Under the pieces are notes generated by a model, which saw only the letters and a program-made list of their open reading frames with translations, was not told the origin of the DNA and did not search any database. 64,000 nucleotides of DNA from NCBI GenBank assembly GCA_950097015.1, contig CATNEN010000014.1, forward strand, positions 1,674,001 to 1,738,000, in the 5' to 3' direction. How positions within the stretch are numbered: the stretch's first letter is position 1; the number at the start of each line of letters is the position of its first letter. The position numbers and the translations under genes were made by a program. The DNA comes from Macrostomum hystrix (lineage: Eukaryota > Animalia > Platyhelminthes). Of the stretch, positions 12,114-25,700 are shown in pieces.

Positions 12114-15100
12114 ATGGCCATGGACGATGAGGATGCGGACATTGGCGTTGGCGGCGACCTGAGGCGGGCCAGCCAGGCCGGGCACAGCCTGCTTCATCAG
12201 CAGTCAGTTGAGCCGGACGACTTTGCCAACGGCAACCTGGCGCCCCCGAATCCGCCGGACAAGGGCTACGGCTGGTTCGTTGTGCTCGGCTCCTTCTTGT
12301 GCAACGCCCTGGTGGACGGCTGCTGCTTCTCATTCGGCGTCCTGCAGCCGCACATCGGCTCGTCTTTCACCGACGCGTCACCTTCGCTCCTGTCGCTGGG
12401 CGGAAGCATCCTCACCGGCACCTACCTGTTCACAGGTGAGCTCCACTTTGCCTGGCCTGAAAGATTTATTTCTTTTTTAAGCTTTTTTTAATTCAAACTC
12501 GTTGCCACTTCAGGTCCTTTAAGCTCCGCCCTGGCCAACATGTTCGGCTGTCGGGCGGTGGTCATCGCCGGCGCTTTCCTTACGATGCTGGCTTTCTTTG
12601 CCGCCTGTTTTGTGTCCAGCATCCACGCCTTCATTGGCGTCTTCGGATTTCTTGGCGGTGAGCTCAATTGAAGTTTACTTGAGCTGGTTCTTACTGAGTG
12701 GTAGAAAATGCACGGGTCCTAGGGGTGATGTGGGGTGGATGGGAGTCTGCTGGTTTGCCCGCTCATTGCACTAGCTTATTTTGCACTAGAGTACACAAAT
12801 AAGCTGACGGTTTTAAGCGGCTTTGAGACGGTAATTATTAACTGACGAAATTTGCTATATTATCCTCGTAAAGATAAACTTACGAGGTTGGCCATTTTTA
12901 TGGCCTTTCTAAAGTGTTTTTATCATTGCTAGTTGTACGATTGCGTTGAAGGGCGTATCGGAGTTCAGTAGTTTGACGGTCTCTTGTCGAGTTGTGCGTT
13001 ATTATGCATCCAGAGCTTGAATTTACCTTGTAGGTTCTTTTCTAAATCAGTTTTATTGGTTTAGCTTGAAAGGTCAGGATAGCCAGTACTCGTAAAATAA
13101 TTATTGCCTCAGGATTTTATTACTCAATGTTCACAAGTACTCACAGATCTACAGTTTGACAGATATTTTAGTTTAGTCACGTGCCATTGGCCCTGTCAGT
13201 GTTGGTAGGTGTTAATCTAATTAGATGACAAGGCATCCATCCTTGTATAAACGCAATAGTAGCTCGTGCCGTTTACCCGTTACCAAGTATTTGCAAACCC
13301 TGTCAACCCGACACCAGGTCTGGGCTTCGGCCTGATCTACCTGCCAGCCGTGGTCACTGTCGGCTTCTGGTTCGAAAAGCGTCGCGCCTTCGCCACCGGT
13401 ATCGCCGTCTGCGGCAGCGGCATCGGCACCGCAGTGTTCGCCCTGCTGACTGACAGCCTGATCGATGTGTACTCCTGGCGAGGCACCCTCATGATCCTGG
13501 CCGGCCTTGTCTTCAACTGCGCCGTTGCTGGCAGCTTCTTCATGCCGCTGGAGCGCTACTACCTCATCCTGACGCTGCGAGAGAGACGACGCCGCGCCAA
13601 AGGCGAGCCGCTGGTTCGCGGCCATATCATTGAGAAGATGATTGAGAACAAGCGGCGCGAGAGGAACATTAGCCAGGGTTCGCTTAACGGGTGGATCATC
13701 ACCACTACTAACAAGGTAGGCGCGCGATAAAATTTGTTACATGATTTAAAGGTCAAATGATGTAGGGACAATTTGAGTTCAGGTGACGTAGGACATTTCT
13801 ATGTCACGTGACTAAGGTGCTTTGGAAAATAACGTGACGTAGAACCATTTGAGATACTTGACGTAGGATCATTTAGAGGTCATGTGACGTAGGAGCATTT
13901 TGAGATCACGTGACTTTGGATCATTTAGAGTTAACGTCACGTAGTAGCATTTAGAGGTCACGTGACGCCATAAATTCGAATTGGGTTCGCATTATAATCG
14001 GGTCATTCCAAGTTCAGGAAGCCGCACTTTTAACTGCTGTCCGGGAGTTGTGTCTAGCTGAACAAATCGATTCGCCTCGCAATCCTGACTCTGACTCGCC
14101 AGGTCGAGCCGCCGCCGCCCGACTTCGATGACCGGCCGGTGCTCGGCACCGAAGCCATCCAACGCATCGCCGAGAACGTCCTGCGCAGAAAAATCAGTCA
14201 CGGCCGTCGCTTCACCACTACGGCTTCGGCCGCTGCCGCCGCTGCTGCCGCCGCCGCTGCAGCCGCATCTGTCAGCGGCGGCGCGGCAGGACCCGGGCCC
14301 CGCAGTGGCACCATCAGCGGCGGCACTGCGGAGGTCGCCACAGCCGGGCTGTACGTGCAGCACCATCAGCAGCAGCGGCCGCTGCTGCCCCAGCTAGTCA
14401 GGGATTATTCGCAGAGCCAGACGTCCCTGTCGCAGCCAAGCCAAAGCTGCCCGCAGTCGAAGGCGCAGTCGATCCAGTCACTGAGCCAGCAGCAGCAGCC
14501 GCAGCAGTCACCGCCAACAGCCGCCGACCAGGCACTGCAAGTTGAGATGCGAGAGGCGATATCCAAGTCCGTACTGCGCGAGATGCACCGGCCCATGAAC
14601 CGGAAGGACGCCTTTCTCATCTCCGGCTCGCTGCACCAGCTGGCCGAGTACACGCAGAGTCGGGCCAGCGTGGCGGGTACCCGGGAGTACTACAAGTCCA
14701 TCACCTCCATCCCGCCGGAGGTGGGCCAGCCGGGCGCTCCGATCAAGTCGGCCATTCGCCAGATGTTGGACTTCAGCATACTGAAGTCGCTCACATTTTG
14801 CCTGCTGCTGTTTACCGCCGTGCTCACCATGATGGGTTAGTTGTTGATGTGCCAGCAGCACCTGATCCCAATAATCCCAGCTGTGTCAGCAGCATCTGAT
14901 CCCAATAATCCCAGCTGTGCCAGCAGCACCTGATCCCAATAATCCCAGCTGTGTCAGCAGCACCTGATCCCAATAATCCCAGCTGTGCCAGCAGCACCTG
15001 ATCCCAATAATCCCAGCTGTGTCAGCAGCACCTGATCCCAATAATCCCAGCTGTGTCAGCAGCATCTGATCCCAATAATCCCAGGTGTGTCAGCAGCACC

Positions 15101-18100
15101 TGATCCCAATAATCCCAGGTGTGTCAGCAGCATCTGATCCCAATAATCCCAGCTGTGTCAGCAGCACCTGATCACAATAATCCCAGCTGTGTCAGCAGCA
15201 CCTGATCCCAATAATCCCAGCTGTGTCAGCAGCATCTGATCCCAATAATCCCAGCTGTGTCAGCAGCACCTGATCACAATAATCCCAGCTGTGTCAGCAG
15301 CACCTGATCACAATAATCCCAGGTGTGTCAGCAGCATCTGATCCCAATAATCCCAGCTGTGTCAGCAGCACCTGATCACAATAATCCCAGCTGTGTCAGC
15401 AGCACATAATCACCTCATTTCGGCCCGGCACAAGCAGCTCAGCTGAGTCGGTCTTTGTCCGTCATAAAACATACCTTGCTTGCTCTTGAATAAAAATTTG
15501 CTGATATCCAAAGTCAGATCAGTTGGACATGCCGCCGTCAGTTTTAGCCACGTGACGACTAGGCTTGCCATATTGAACTTGCGCGTACCTGCTATCTGTA
15601 GATAAGTATTCTCACGGTGATTTGAAGCCCCGCCCACGGCTGTTGTCAGTTTGCGATTCGCGTGATTGACAGCTAGGCTTGGCACTTCCTCTGGCCTGAG
15701 GGCCGTTCATGAACTGCTTTACACATAGCAATGACACCATGGCTTAATTTGACGCTAGTTTAATGCTTCTCGAGTGACTGAACCAAAAATGCTTCTCGAG
15801 TGACTGAACCAAAAATGCTTCTCGAGTGACTGAACCAAAAATGTTTCTCGAGTGACTGAACCAAAAATGCTTCTCGAGTGACTGAACCAAAATGCTTCTC
15901 GAGTGACTGAACCAAAATGTTTCTCGAGTGACTGAACCAAAATGCTTCTCGAGTGACTGAACCAAAATGCTTCTCGAGTGACTGAACCAAAATGCTTCTC
16001 GAGTGACTGAACCAAAATGCTTCTCGAGTGACTGAACCAAAATGCTTCTCGAGTGACTGAACCAAAATGCTTCTCTAGTGACTGAACCAAAAATGCTTCT
16101 CGAGTGACTGAACCAAAAATGCTTCTCGAGTGACTGAACCAAAATGCTTCTCGAGTGACTGAACCAAAAATGCTTCCAAAGTGTCTCAAACGCTTCTTTA
16201 ATGACTCAAACCTTTTTTCTAGCCTCACAAGCGGCTTGTTTCAAGTGTATAATGATTTGTGAAACACTTAACGACTAGCGCTGTCCGGGACGCGTCTTAG
16301 AGGCATATTGGAGTCGCTGAAAATTGCTAATTAGCTGACAGATTACTAATAATTCCTCAAAAGTCGGTCCGTTTCCGATCGTTTCTTTATCTCTGACCAA
16401 GTTCCGCTAGTTCCGTCCCTATCGGGCATCTGCAGCGAGAAGTTCCCTAATTCTCTATTCTTCTCACTGCCCGCAGGCTTCCTGCAGTTCTACCAGTTCA
16501 TCAAGATGTACGCGGTGGCCCGCGGCGTTCCCGACCGGCAGGCCACCATGCTGGTGTTCCTCATCGGCATCACCAACACCATCGGCAGGATTGTGTCAGG
16601 TTAGTGCACATGACCCATCACAGCAGTACCTTCGTAGTCGATTCAACGAGTGTTTTTATTTTCGTATTAGTGATTCTCTAGTCCCAACAGGTGATTCTCT
16701 AGTCCCAACAGGTGATTCTCTAGTCCCAACAGGCGGTTCTCTAGTCCCAACAGGTGATTCTCTAGTCCCAACAGGCGGTTCTCTAGTCCCAACAGGTGAT
16801 TCTCTAGTCCCAACAGGTGATTCTCTAGTCCCAACAGGTGATTCTCTAGTCCCAACAGGTGATTCTCTAGTCCCAACAGGTGATTCTCTAGTCCCAACAG
16901 GTGATTCTCTAGTCCTAACAGGCGGTTCTCTAGTCCCAACAGGTGATTCTCTAGTCCTAACAGGTGATTCTCTAGTCCCAACAGGTGATTCTCTAGTCCC
17001 AACAGGTGATTCTCTAGTCCCAACAGGTGATTCTCTAGTCCCAACAGGTGATTCTCTAGTCCCAACAGGTGATTCTCTAGTCCCAACAGGTGATTCTCTA
17101 GTCCCAACAGGTGATTCTCTAGTCCCAACAGGTGATTCTCTAGTCCTAACAGGTGATTCTCTAGTCCCAACAGGCGGTTCTCTAGTCCCAACAGGTGATT
17201 CTCTAGTTCCAACAGGCGGTTCTCTAGTCCCAACAGGTGATTCTCTAGTCCCAACAGGCGGTTCTCTAGTCCCAACAGGTGATTCTCTAGTCCCAACAGG
17301 CGGTTCTCTAGTCCCAACAGGTGATTCTCTAGTCCCAACAGGTGATTCTCTGGTCCCAACAGGTGATTCTCTAGTCCCAACAGGTGATTCTCTAGTCCCA
17401 ACAGGTGATTCTCTAGTCCAACAGTTGATTCTCTAGTCCCAACAGGTGATTCTCTAGTCCCAACAGGTGATTCTCTGGTCCCAACAGGTGATTCTCTAGT
17501 CCCAACAGGTGATTCTCTAGTCCCAACAGGTGATTCTCTAGTCCAACAGTTGATTCTCTAGTCCCAACAGGTGATTTTCCTGTCCCAACAGTTGATTCTC
17601 TAGTCCCAACAGGTGATTCTCTAGTCCCAACAGGTGATTCTCTAGTCCCAACAGGCGATTGTCTCACCCAAATATTATCTATTGCAGGTTAAAGCGACGT
17701 GGAAATGGTAAATAACTCGCAGCTTGTTGCAGTAATTCAGTTAGTTGTATTTCATATTTTAGTTTCTCTGTGACTTAAAAGAACACCGTTAGCTTTATTA
17801 TATTTGCTTTGTCGTGCATTTTTCACCCCATTTCCAGCCAAGCCTTTGCGCGTCTAAGTTTCCTCCTTACTCTCTGCTCACATAGGCTGGGCCAGCGACC
17901 GACCTTGGGCGGACTGTCTGTGGATAAACAACATCGCTCTGATTGGCTCCGGCTTGGCCACGGCCGCCATTCCCTTCTGCAGCACCTTCCTGCCAATGGT
18001 GATCTGCGCCTGCACCTACGGGCTGTTTATCTGTGAGACTTGATTTGACCTTCATTTGTCCCGTTTGGAAATAGGGTTAAGTTAACCTTCACTTGTCCTT

Positions 18101-18738
18101 TTTATTTTTATTTCATTTGACATTCATTTGTCCTTGACTGGTTGTAACTTTCTTGACCTTCATTTGTCCTTGACTGGTTGTAACTTTCTTGACCTTCATT
18201 TGTCCTCAATGGCTCCCACACCGCAGCTGCCTGGGTGTCGCTGCGCACCATCCTGGTGGTGGAGCTGATGGGTCTGGAGCGGCTGACCAACGCCTTCGGC
18301 CTGCTGCTGCTCTTCCAGGGCGTCGGCATCATTGTCGGCCCGCCGCTCAGCTCGATCATCGATCAACTGGATCCTAGCGGCAACTTCTCGTTGTCGTTTT
18401 ACACCGCCGGCGCCCTGCTGGCGTTGTCGGGCCTGCTTAGCATTCCGCTGCGCGCCCTCAGCCGCTGGGAGGCCAGCAGAGAAGGCCGGCGATCGTCGGC
18501 GGCCGGCAGGAAGGTCAGCAGCTCGGCGGCGCCGCACCGCAGCATTCTCATCTCGTCCTCGCAGCCGATGGGAGCCGACGAGCAGCTGCAGACGGAGCAG
18601 AAGGGCGAGGAGCGACGCGATGCCGGTGGCAGCGAAGCAGTCAAGTCTGCGCCAGCGGCCGAGGCGGAACTGCACTTTCAAAGGCGCAGCGCGCGCGGAG
18701 ACTCGTCGCCGACCGCAGACATCGAGAGCCGGTTGTGA
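12114..18738 (+). CDS. MFS monocarboxylate transporter-like protein (SLC16 family), 7 exons
   Basis: Exons 12114-12435, 12514-12657, 13318-13715, 14103-14835, 16477-16599, 17886-18032 and 18227-18738, all GT-AG with consistent phases. Motifs: PPDKGYGWFVVLGSF, GPLSSALANMFGCRAV, FWFEKRRAFATGIAVCGSGIG, YSWRGT, GRIVSGWASDR, LVVELMGLERLTNAFG. Large low-complexity central loop. Confidence 0.93.
14850..15410. repeat. 34-bp intronic minisatellite (MCT intron 4)
   Basis: Unit cagcacctgatcccaataatcccagctgtgtcag. Confidence 0.95.
15763..16175. repeat. 24-25-bp intronic minisatellite (MCT intron 4, second array)
   Basis: Unit tgcttctcgagtgactgaaccaaaa(a). Confidence 0.95.
16670..17657. repeat. 21-bp intronic minisatellite (MCT intron 5)
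   Basis: Unit ggtgattctctagtcccaaca. Confidence 0.97.
18045..18205. repeat. Short 36-bp tandem repeat (MCT intron 6)
   Basis: gaccttcatttgtccttgactggttgtaactttctt, two full copies plus partial copies. Confidence 0.8.
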
Positions 18739-19109
18739 CGAGCTCGACGCAGACTTTGTCCATCGCTCTGACGCCCTGTCCCTGCAAACTAATCTAGGAC
18801 TGCATAGTTTCTGTTCTTGCTTTCATTCTGCAGCTCTTCATATGTTAGTTATTCAGCGAGCTTGTACATTTCACTGCTGCCCATCTCGCTCATTGCTGCA
18901 CCAGTTGAAGAGAAATTCAATTTTTTACCGCAGCTTTTTAGTTGAACCGCTGAGATTTGAGACTTGGTGTTTATGTAGCAGCATTGCAGTCTCGACTTGA
19001 AGTATAAGGCAAAGGCTGAAAGCCTTCAGATCCCGTTTTATATTCTTTTGGTTGCAAAATATTTGCTTCGTGAATTTTTCATTTTTAAGCACCGAATATG
19101 TGATTTTGG

Positions 19110-20362
19110 CCCTCACTCTCCCAGATCCCCTACTGAGCCCTCACTCTCCCAGATCCCCATACTGAGCCCTCACTCTCCCAGATCCCATACTGAGCCCTCA
19201 CTCTCCCAGATCCCCTACTGAGCCCTCACTCTCCCAGATCCCATACTGAGCCCTCACTCTCCCAGATCCCCTACTGAGCCCTCACTCTCCCAGATCCCCT
19301 ACTGAGCCCTCACTCTCCCAGATCCCATACTGAGCCCTCACTCTCCCAGATCCCCATACTGAGCCCTCACTCTCCCAGATCCCCATACTGAGCCCTCACT
19401 CTCCCAGATCCCATACTGAGCCCTCACTCTCCCAGATCCCCTACTGAGCCCTCACTCTCCCAGACCCCCATTTTGAGCCCTCACTCTCCCAGATCCCATA
19501 CTGAGCCCTCACTCTCCCAGATCCCATACTGAGCCCTCACTCTCCCAGATCCCCATTTTGAGCCCTCACTCTCCCAGATCCCATACTGAGCCCTCACTCT
19601 CCCAGATCCCCTACTGAGCCCTCACTCTCCCAGATCCCCTACTGAGCCCTCACTCTCCCAGATCCCATACTGAGCCCTCACTCTCCCAGATCCCCATACT
19701 GAGCCCTCACTCTCCCAGATCCCCATACTGAGCCCTCACTCTCCCAGATCCCATACTGAGCCCTCACTCTCCCAGATCCCCTACTGAGCCCTCACTCTCC
19801 CAGACCCCCATTTTGAGCCCTCACTCTCCCAGATCCCATACTGAGCCCTCACTCTCCCAGATCCCATACTGAGCCCTCACTCTCCCAGATCCCCATTTTG
19901 AGCCCTCATTCTCCCAGATCCCATACTGAGCCCTCACTCTCCCAGATCCCATACTGAGCCCTCATTCTCCCAGATCCCATACTGAGCCCTCACTCTCCCA
20001 GATCCCATACTGAGCCCTCACTCTCCCAGATCCCCATACTGAGCCCTCACTCTCCCAGATCCCCATTTTGAGCCCTCATTCTCCCAGATCCCATACTGAG
20101 CCCTCACTCTCCCAGATCCCCTACTGAGCCCTCACTCTCCCAGACCCCCATTTTGAGCCCTCACTCTCCCAGATCCCATACTGAGCCCTCACTCTCCCAG
20201 ATCCCCATACTGAGCCCTCACTCTCCCAGATCCCATACTGAGCCCTCACTCTCCCAGATCCCCATACTGAGCCCTTACTCTCCCAGATCCCCATACTGAG
20301 CCCTCACTCTCCCAGATCCCCATTTTGAGCCCTCACTCTCCCAGATCCCCATTTTGAGCCCT
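19110..20362. repeat. 27-28-bp minisatellite between MCT and METTL2
   Basis: Unit tactgagccctcactctcccagatccc(c). Confidence 0.96.
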
Positions 20363-20436
20363 TAGTCTCAGACCCCTAAATTTTAAACTTCTCTGAGACA
20401 TCAATTTTAAATCAGTAGCCGCGCAATTTTCATCAG

Positions 20437-21744
20437 AATCTGGAAGCTTCGCCATCATTGCCGCCGTTTGCGGCCGAAGCTGCAACCGTGGCAGAGCCCG
20501 CAGGTGACGACAACGGCAGCCGTCCTTCCGGCTTCGGCGGCCGCTTCCTCACCGATGAGTCGCGCGTATTCGAGCAGAACGCCTGGGACAACGCACACTG
20601 CAGCCCCGCTGAGGAGGCCGCCCTGCTGGCCAAAGTCGAAGCCAACGCCGCCAGAAGAATTCCGGCCGATGTGGCGCAGAAGCTGGACGATGAAGCGGCC
20701 AGCAATTGGGACAAGTGCGGATGAGCTGATAGTGCTATATAAAGTAGCCGCAATGGAGTGGTACTTTATAGGCACATGTTTTTTAGCCAATCACAAACAC
20801 TTGTAACTTGTAACTTGGCTGGCCGGTCTAGCCAATCACAAACACCACGCCGGTCTAGCCAATCACAAACACAAGGCCGGTCAATGCCATCCTTTTTGGC
20901 CTCACCCGCTGCCCGCAGATTCTATTCCGTACATCGGGACGGCTTCTTCAAGGACAGGCACTGGCTGTTCACCGAGTTCGAAGAGCTGCGAACCGCCGCC
21001 CGTGTCCTGGAGGTCGGCTGCGGCCCTGGCAACTCCGTCCTGCCGCTACTGCAGGCCGCCTCCTCGGCTGCTGAACCAGAAGGCAGGGCCTCAGCCTGCA
21101 CCGGCTTGCAGAAGCTCTTCGCCTGTGACTTCTCTCCCAGGGCCGTCCAGCTTCTATCCGAGTCGCCCGAGTGCCAGCGCGATGAGAGGCGAGTAGAGAA
21201 AAACTGGGAGCAATAAATGCCTATTGAGATTGATGGTGGGAGCAGAGGGCTGGATGGCCAGAGTAGAAAGTCAGCACGCACACGCCGCCCATCCCTCAGG
21301 TGCGTGCCTTTCGTGTGGGACGTGGCCAGCCAGGAGCTGCCAGAGTCGGTGGCCCAGCAGCTGCCGCCGGGCTCGCTGGACGCGGTGCTGTTGGTGTTCG
21401 TGCTGTCCGCCATGCGACCCAGTCAGATGTCGGCAGCCGTCAGCCGCCTGGTCCCCCTGCTGCGGCCCGGCGGCTCGCTGCTGTTCCGCGACTACGGCCG
21501 GCTGGACCTCGCCCAGACACGCCTGCCTCCCGGCCGCTGCCTGGCTGACAACCTGTACGCCAGGGGCGACGGCACCAGGGTGTACTTCTTCAGCGAGTCC
21601 GACTGCGAGCGACTGTTCGGCCAGGAGGCGGGCCTGACCAGGCGGCAGCTCATCACGGACAGGCGGCTCATTGTTAACAGAGCCAAGCAGTTGAAGATGT
21701 TTCGCGTGTGGGTGCAGGCCAAGTTCAGCAAACAAACTGACTAG
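20437..21744 (+). CDS. METTL2: tRNA N3-methylcytidine methyltransferase, METTL2-type, 3 exons
   Basis: Exons 20437-20714 (FGGRFLTDESRVFEQNAWDN), 20919-21188 (FYSVHRDGFFKDRHWLFTEF, VLEVGCGPGN) and 21300-21744 (LLFRDYGRLDLAQ, YARGDGTRVYFF, DRRLIVNRAKQLKMFRVWVQAKF). The second intron needs a GC donor. The first exon has no in-frame ATG. Confidence 0.92.
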
Positions 21745-22707
21745 CTGGGTTGGTGGTCAGGCTTATTTACTGAATAAACTCTTGATTCTGCAGTTCTGTG
21801 GCATTTATCTCTATTGACTAGCTGAATTCTTCGGAGGACTCAGACTGGCATAGGCATGGCATATTTGGAGTCCTACGACTTACTAAGAATACATTACATT
21901 AAGCGTACATTATCTTCCACAGAGATTCAGAAAAGAAAGTCTATATTTTTCTCATTTGGTAACACATTAGTTCCACCTGCTGGCGGTACCGACGGCGTCG
22001 GGGTGGCGAGCATGATTGGTTGACAGACTAAGGGAGCATGCCTTGTAGCTGAGTGTTGCCCAATTTCGAGGCTTGATGAGCGAAAGTAGAGAAATTCGCC
22101 TGTTAAAGGTCCAGCAGCTCCGTCTGGGTAAAGAGCGGTGACCACCGAAGTCGGAGATGATGCAGGCACATTCGGGTGACGTGCTGATAAATTTTTAAGG
22201 CCTGTCAAGGCCGCACTGAGGCGCAGTGCTAATTCGTTTGTAGTCCTACTGTTAATTAGGCCCACATTGCCTACCTTGCCTAGGAACTTTAATCAGTCAC
22301 AAGCACAGATTTTTGAAACTCGTACATGTTGATGACAATTACGATTGAAAATTGCGTGAGAAGCCGGTTCTCTCGGCGGCTGCAGCCTGTGTTAATGTTG
22401 CATATGCAATTACTAATGTACAGCTGCTACGCTTGAGATTTTAATTACACTTGAAAGCTCTCGTTACTAAGCTCTCGTGAGCATAGTAAACAGCGTTCTT
22501 TCACAATTAGAACAAATACGAAAATTAATCATGATCATGAGTACATTACTTTCGTCTTGATTTACAAGTACGCAGCTTACGAATGTTAATAAATGATAAA
22601 TTTAGAGTATTGACAGTAGCATATTCAGTGCGTAAAGTTAAAAAATAATCTAAACGGTAAATAAGACTCTTCTGAAATCTTGCATCAGGATTCGAATCTC
22701 CGATCGC

Positions 22708-25700
22708 TTAGGTCATGCCGTCGCCGTATCGCCTACTGGGCCTCGGCCGCTGCGGCTTCCGCCAGCAGCGCGGGCAGAGCTGGCTTCTGGCCCGGCTGGC
22801 GCGCAGCCACAGGATGAGGTTCTGCCTGCAGCCGGACTGCAGCGGCCGCACGCCGTGCATCCTGCGGCCCGGGTGCAGCAGCCCCCAGCCCAGCCGCTGC
22901 TCCGCCGAGGGCAGCCCAGCCAGCCGTTCCTGAGAGGCCATCGGACAGCCACCGGGCCGCGGCTCGACCAGGTCGCCAAAGTACAACTCGTTGCCATGGT
23001 AACCAGAAGAGTCGGTCAAGCAGACATTCAGCGTGGCCTCGGAGTTGTCGTAGTGATAGCCGAGGCTCGTGTCTCCTCCGGGCGTGTAGAGCACCGTGAA
23101 GGCCCGGTGAGAGTCAAGCTCAGCTCCGCCAGCCGCTTCCGGGAGCAGAAAGTCCACCAGAGGCTGCAGCCAATCAGAGCGCAGCTGATCGAGCCAGGCC
23201 CGGACCGGAGCCAGCTCGTCCAATAGGAGACCGCCGCGGTTCATTGTGTTGGGCCGGCCAGTGCTGACTGGGGATTTCCGGGAAAAGTTGGCCAACTCGG
23301 AGAGTAGGGCGGTGCAGAAGGACTCAGTGAACACGGGCAGGGAGAACACGTCCTGGCGGTGGGGATGTGGTTAGCTGTTTCAGTTAGCACCGACCAGTTG
23401 TTGAGTAGGGACTGGATGGTTGAGTAGGGACTGGCTGATGGTTGAGTAGGGACTGGTTGGTGGTTGAGTAGGGACTGGCTGATGGTTGAGTAGGGACTGG
23501 CTGATGGTTGAGTAGGGACTGGCTGGTGGTTGAGTAGGGACTGGCTGGTGGTTGAGTAGGGACTGGTTGGTTATATTTGAGCAGTCTCGCACCTGCATCA
23601 CGGGTGTCAGCCCAAACTTGCGCAGCTGGTCAAAGGACGCGGAAGTGGACAGCTCCTGCCGCTGGGCCTGCCGCAGTGCTTCAACGATGCTGACGAACCT
23701 GGCATCCAGCATCTGAGGCTGAAAGAGAGTGCAATTCAGCAAAATGACCACTTAAATAGTGCTGCATAGGGTAGGCCACATTCTGCTCGCATTTATTAAC
23801 ATTCGTAAACAACTCAGCACTTGTCATTCAGTTTCCATCTGTGCTTGAGTCAGTCCTGAACTCTGAGGGCCTGCTAACAAGCACTACCGCATCCGTCTCA
23901 AGACATTTATAAGTGAGAAAAACTATTAGAGACATCAGAAGGCTGGATTAGAGACATCAGAAGGCTGGATTAGAGACATCAGAAGGCTGAATTAGAGACA
24001 TCAGAAGGCTGGATTAGAGACATCAGAAGGCTGGATTAAGGACATCAGAAGGCTGGATTAAGGACATCAGAAGGCTGGATTAGAGACATCAGAAGGCTGG
24101 ATTAGAGACATCAGAAGGCTGGATTAAGGACATCAGAAGGCTGGATTAGAGACATCAGAAGGCTGGATTAAAGACATCAGAAGGCTGGATTAAGGACATC
24201 AGAAGGCTGGATTAAAGACATCAGAAGGCTGGATTAAGGACATCAGAAGGCTGGATTAAAGACATCAGAAGGCTGGATTAAAGACATCAGAAGGCTGGAT
24301 TAAAGACATCAGAAGGCTGGATTAAAGACATCAGAAGGCTGGATTAGAGCCATCAGAAGGCTGGATTAGAGACATCAGAAGGCTGGATTAAAGACATCAG
24401 AAGGCTGGATTAAAGACATCAGAAGGCTGGATTAAGGACATCAGAAGGCTGGATTAAGGACATCAGAAGGTGGGATTAGAGACATCAGAAGGCTGGATTA
24501 AAGACATCAGAAGGCTGGATTAAAGACATCAGAAGGCTGGATTAAAGACATCTGAAGGCTGGATTAAGGACATCAGAAGGTGGGATTAAAGACATCAGAA
24601 GGCTGGATTAGAGACATCAGAAGGCTGGATTAAAGACATCAGAAGGCTGGATTAGAGACATCAGAAGGCTGGATTAGAGACATCAGAAGGCTGGATTAGA
24701 GACATCAGAAGGCTGGATTAAAGACATCAGAAGGCTGGATTAAAGACATCAGAAGGCTGGATTAAAGACATCAGAAGGCTGGATTAAAGACATCAGAAGG
24801 CTGGATTAAAGACATCAGAAGGCTGGATTAAAGACATCAGAAGGCTGGATTAAAGACATCAGAAGGCTGGATTAAAGACATCAGAAGGCTGGATTAGAGA
24901 CATCAGAAGGCTGGATTAGAGACATCAGAAGGCTGGATTAGAGACATCAGAAGGCTGGATTAAAGACATCAGAAGGCTGGATTAGAGACATCAGAAGGCT
25001 GGATTAGAGACATCAGAAGGCTGGATTAAAGACATCAGAAGGCTGGATTAAGGACATCAGAAGGTGGGATTAGAGTATTCAGGGAGCGGATTAGAGTATT
25101 TAGGGAGCGGATTCGAGTATTCACGGAGCGGATTAGAGTATTCAGGGAGCGGATTAGAGTATTCAGGGAGCGGATTAGAGAGACCAGAAGAGACAACGGT
25201 ATAGGATTAGAAAGCTCACCTCAGAAACCGCACCAAGCCGGAAGATGTCAGGGCTCAGGAAGGTGTACTGTTGGGAGATGGCGGCCTCCCTGGCGCTGCT
25301 GGCCTCGTCCTCAGACTCCCGCCTTCGCCGCTCGGTCAGAAGTTCGTCAACGCAGCGGCTGATCGTTCCCGCCGTGCGCATGCGGCTGAGCTGGCGCTGC
25401 AGGGCCGTGGGATCGTCGTCTGGGCCCCAATGCCGCTGGTGCAAGGCCTTGAGCAAAATTAGGATTTCAAAAGGATGGACTCCTGTAAGACTTCTGAAGG
25501 AAATTCTGTAGAATTAAAGAAGGATTTTTATTGGTTTAGGAAAGGATTTCGGTAGGATTTCAGTATGATTTCATTAGGATTACTATAGGGTTTCAGTAGG
25601 ATTACTATATGATTACAGTACGAATACTGTAGGATTTCAGAAGGATTACAGTACGAATACTGTAGGATTTCAGAAGGATTACAGTACGAATACTATATGA

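Noticed and set aside
16591-17667. ORFs (DSLVPTG)n and (GLENHLL)n
   Set aside because: Stop-free frames of the 21-bp array inside MCT intron 5.
21927-22265. 112-aa minus-strand ORF between METTL2 and OGFOD2
   Set aside because: No ATG at its start, no recognisable motif and no clear splice context; left uncalled.
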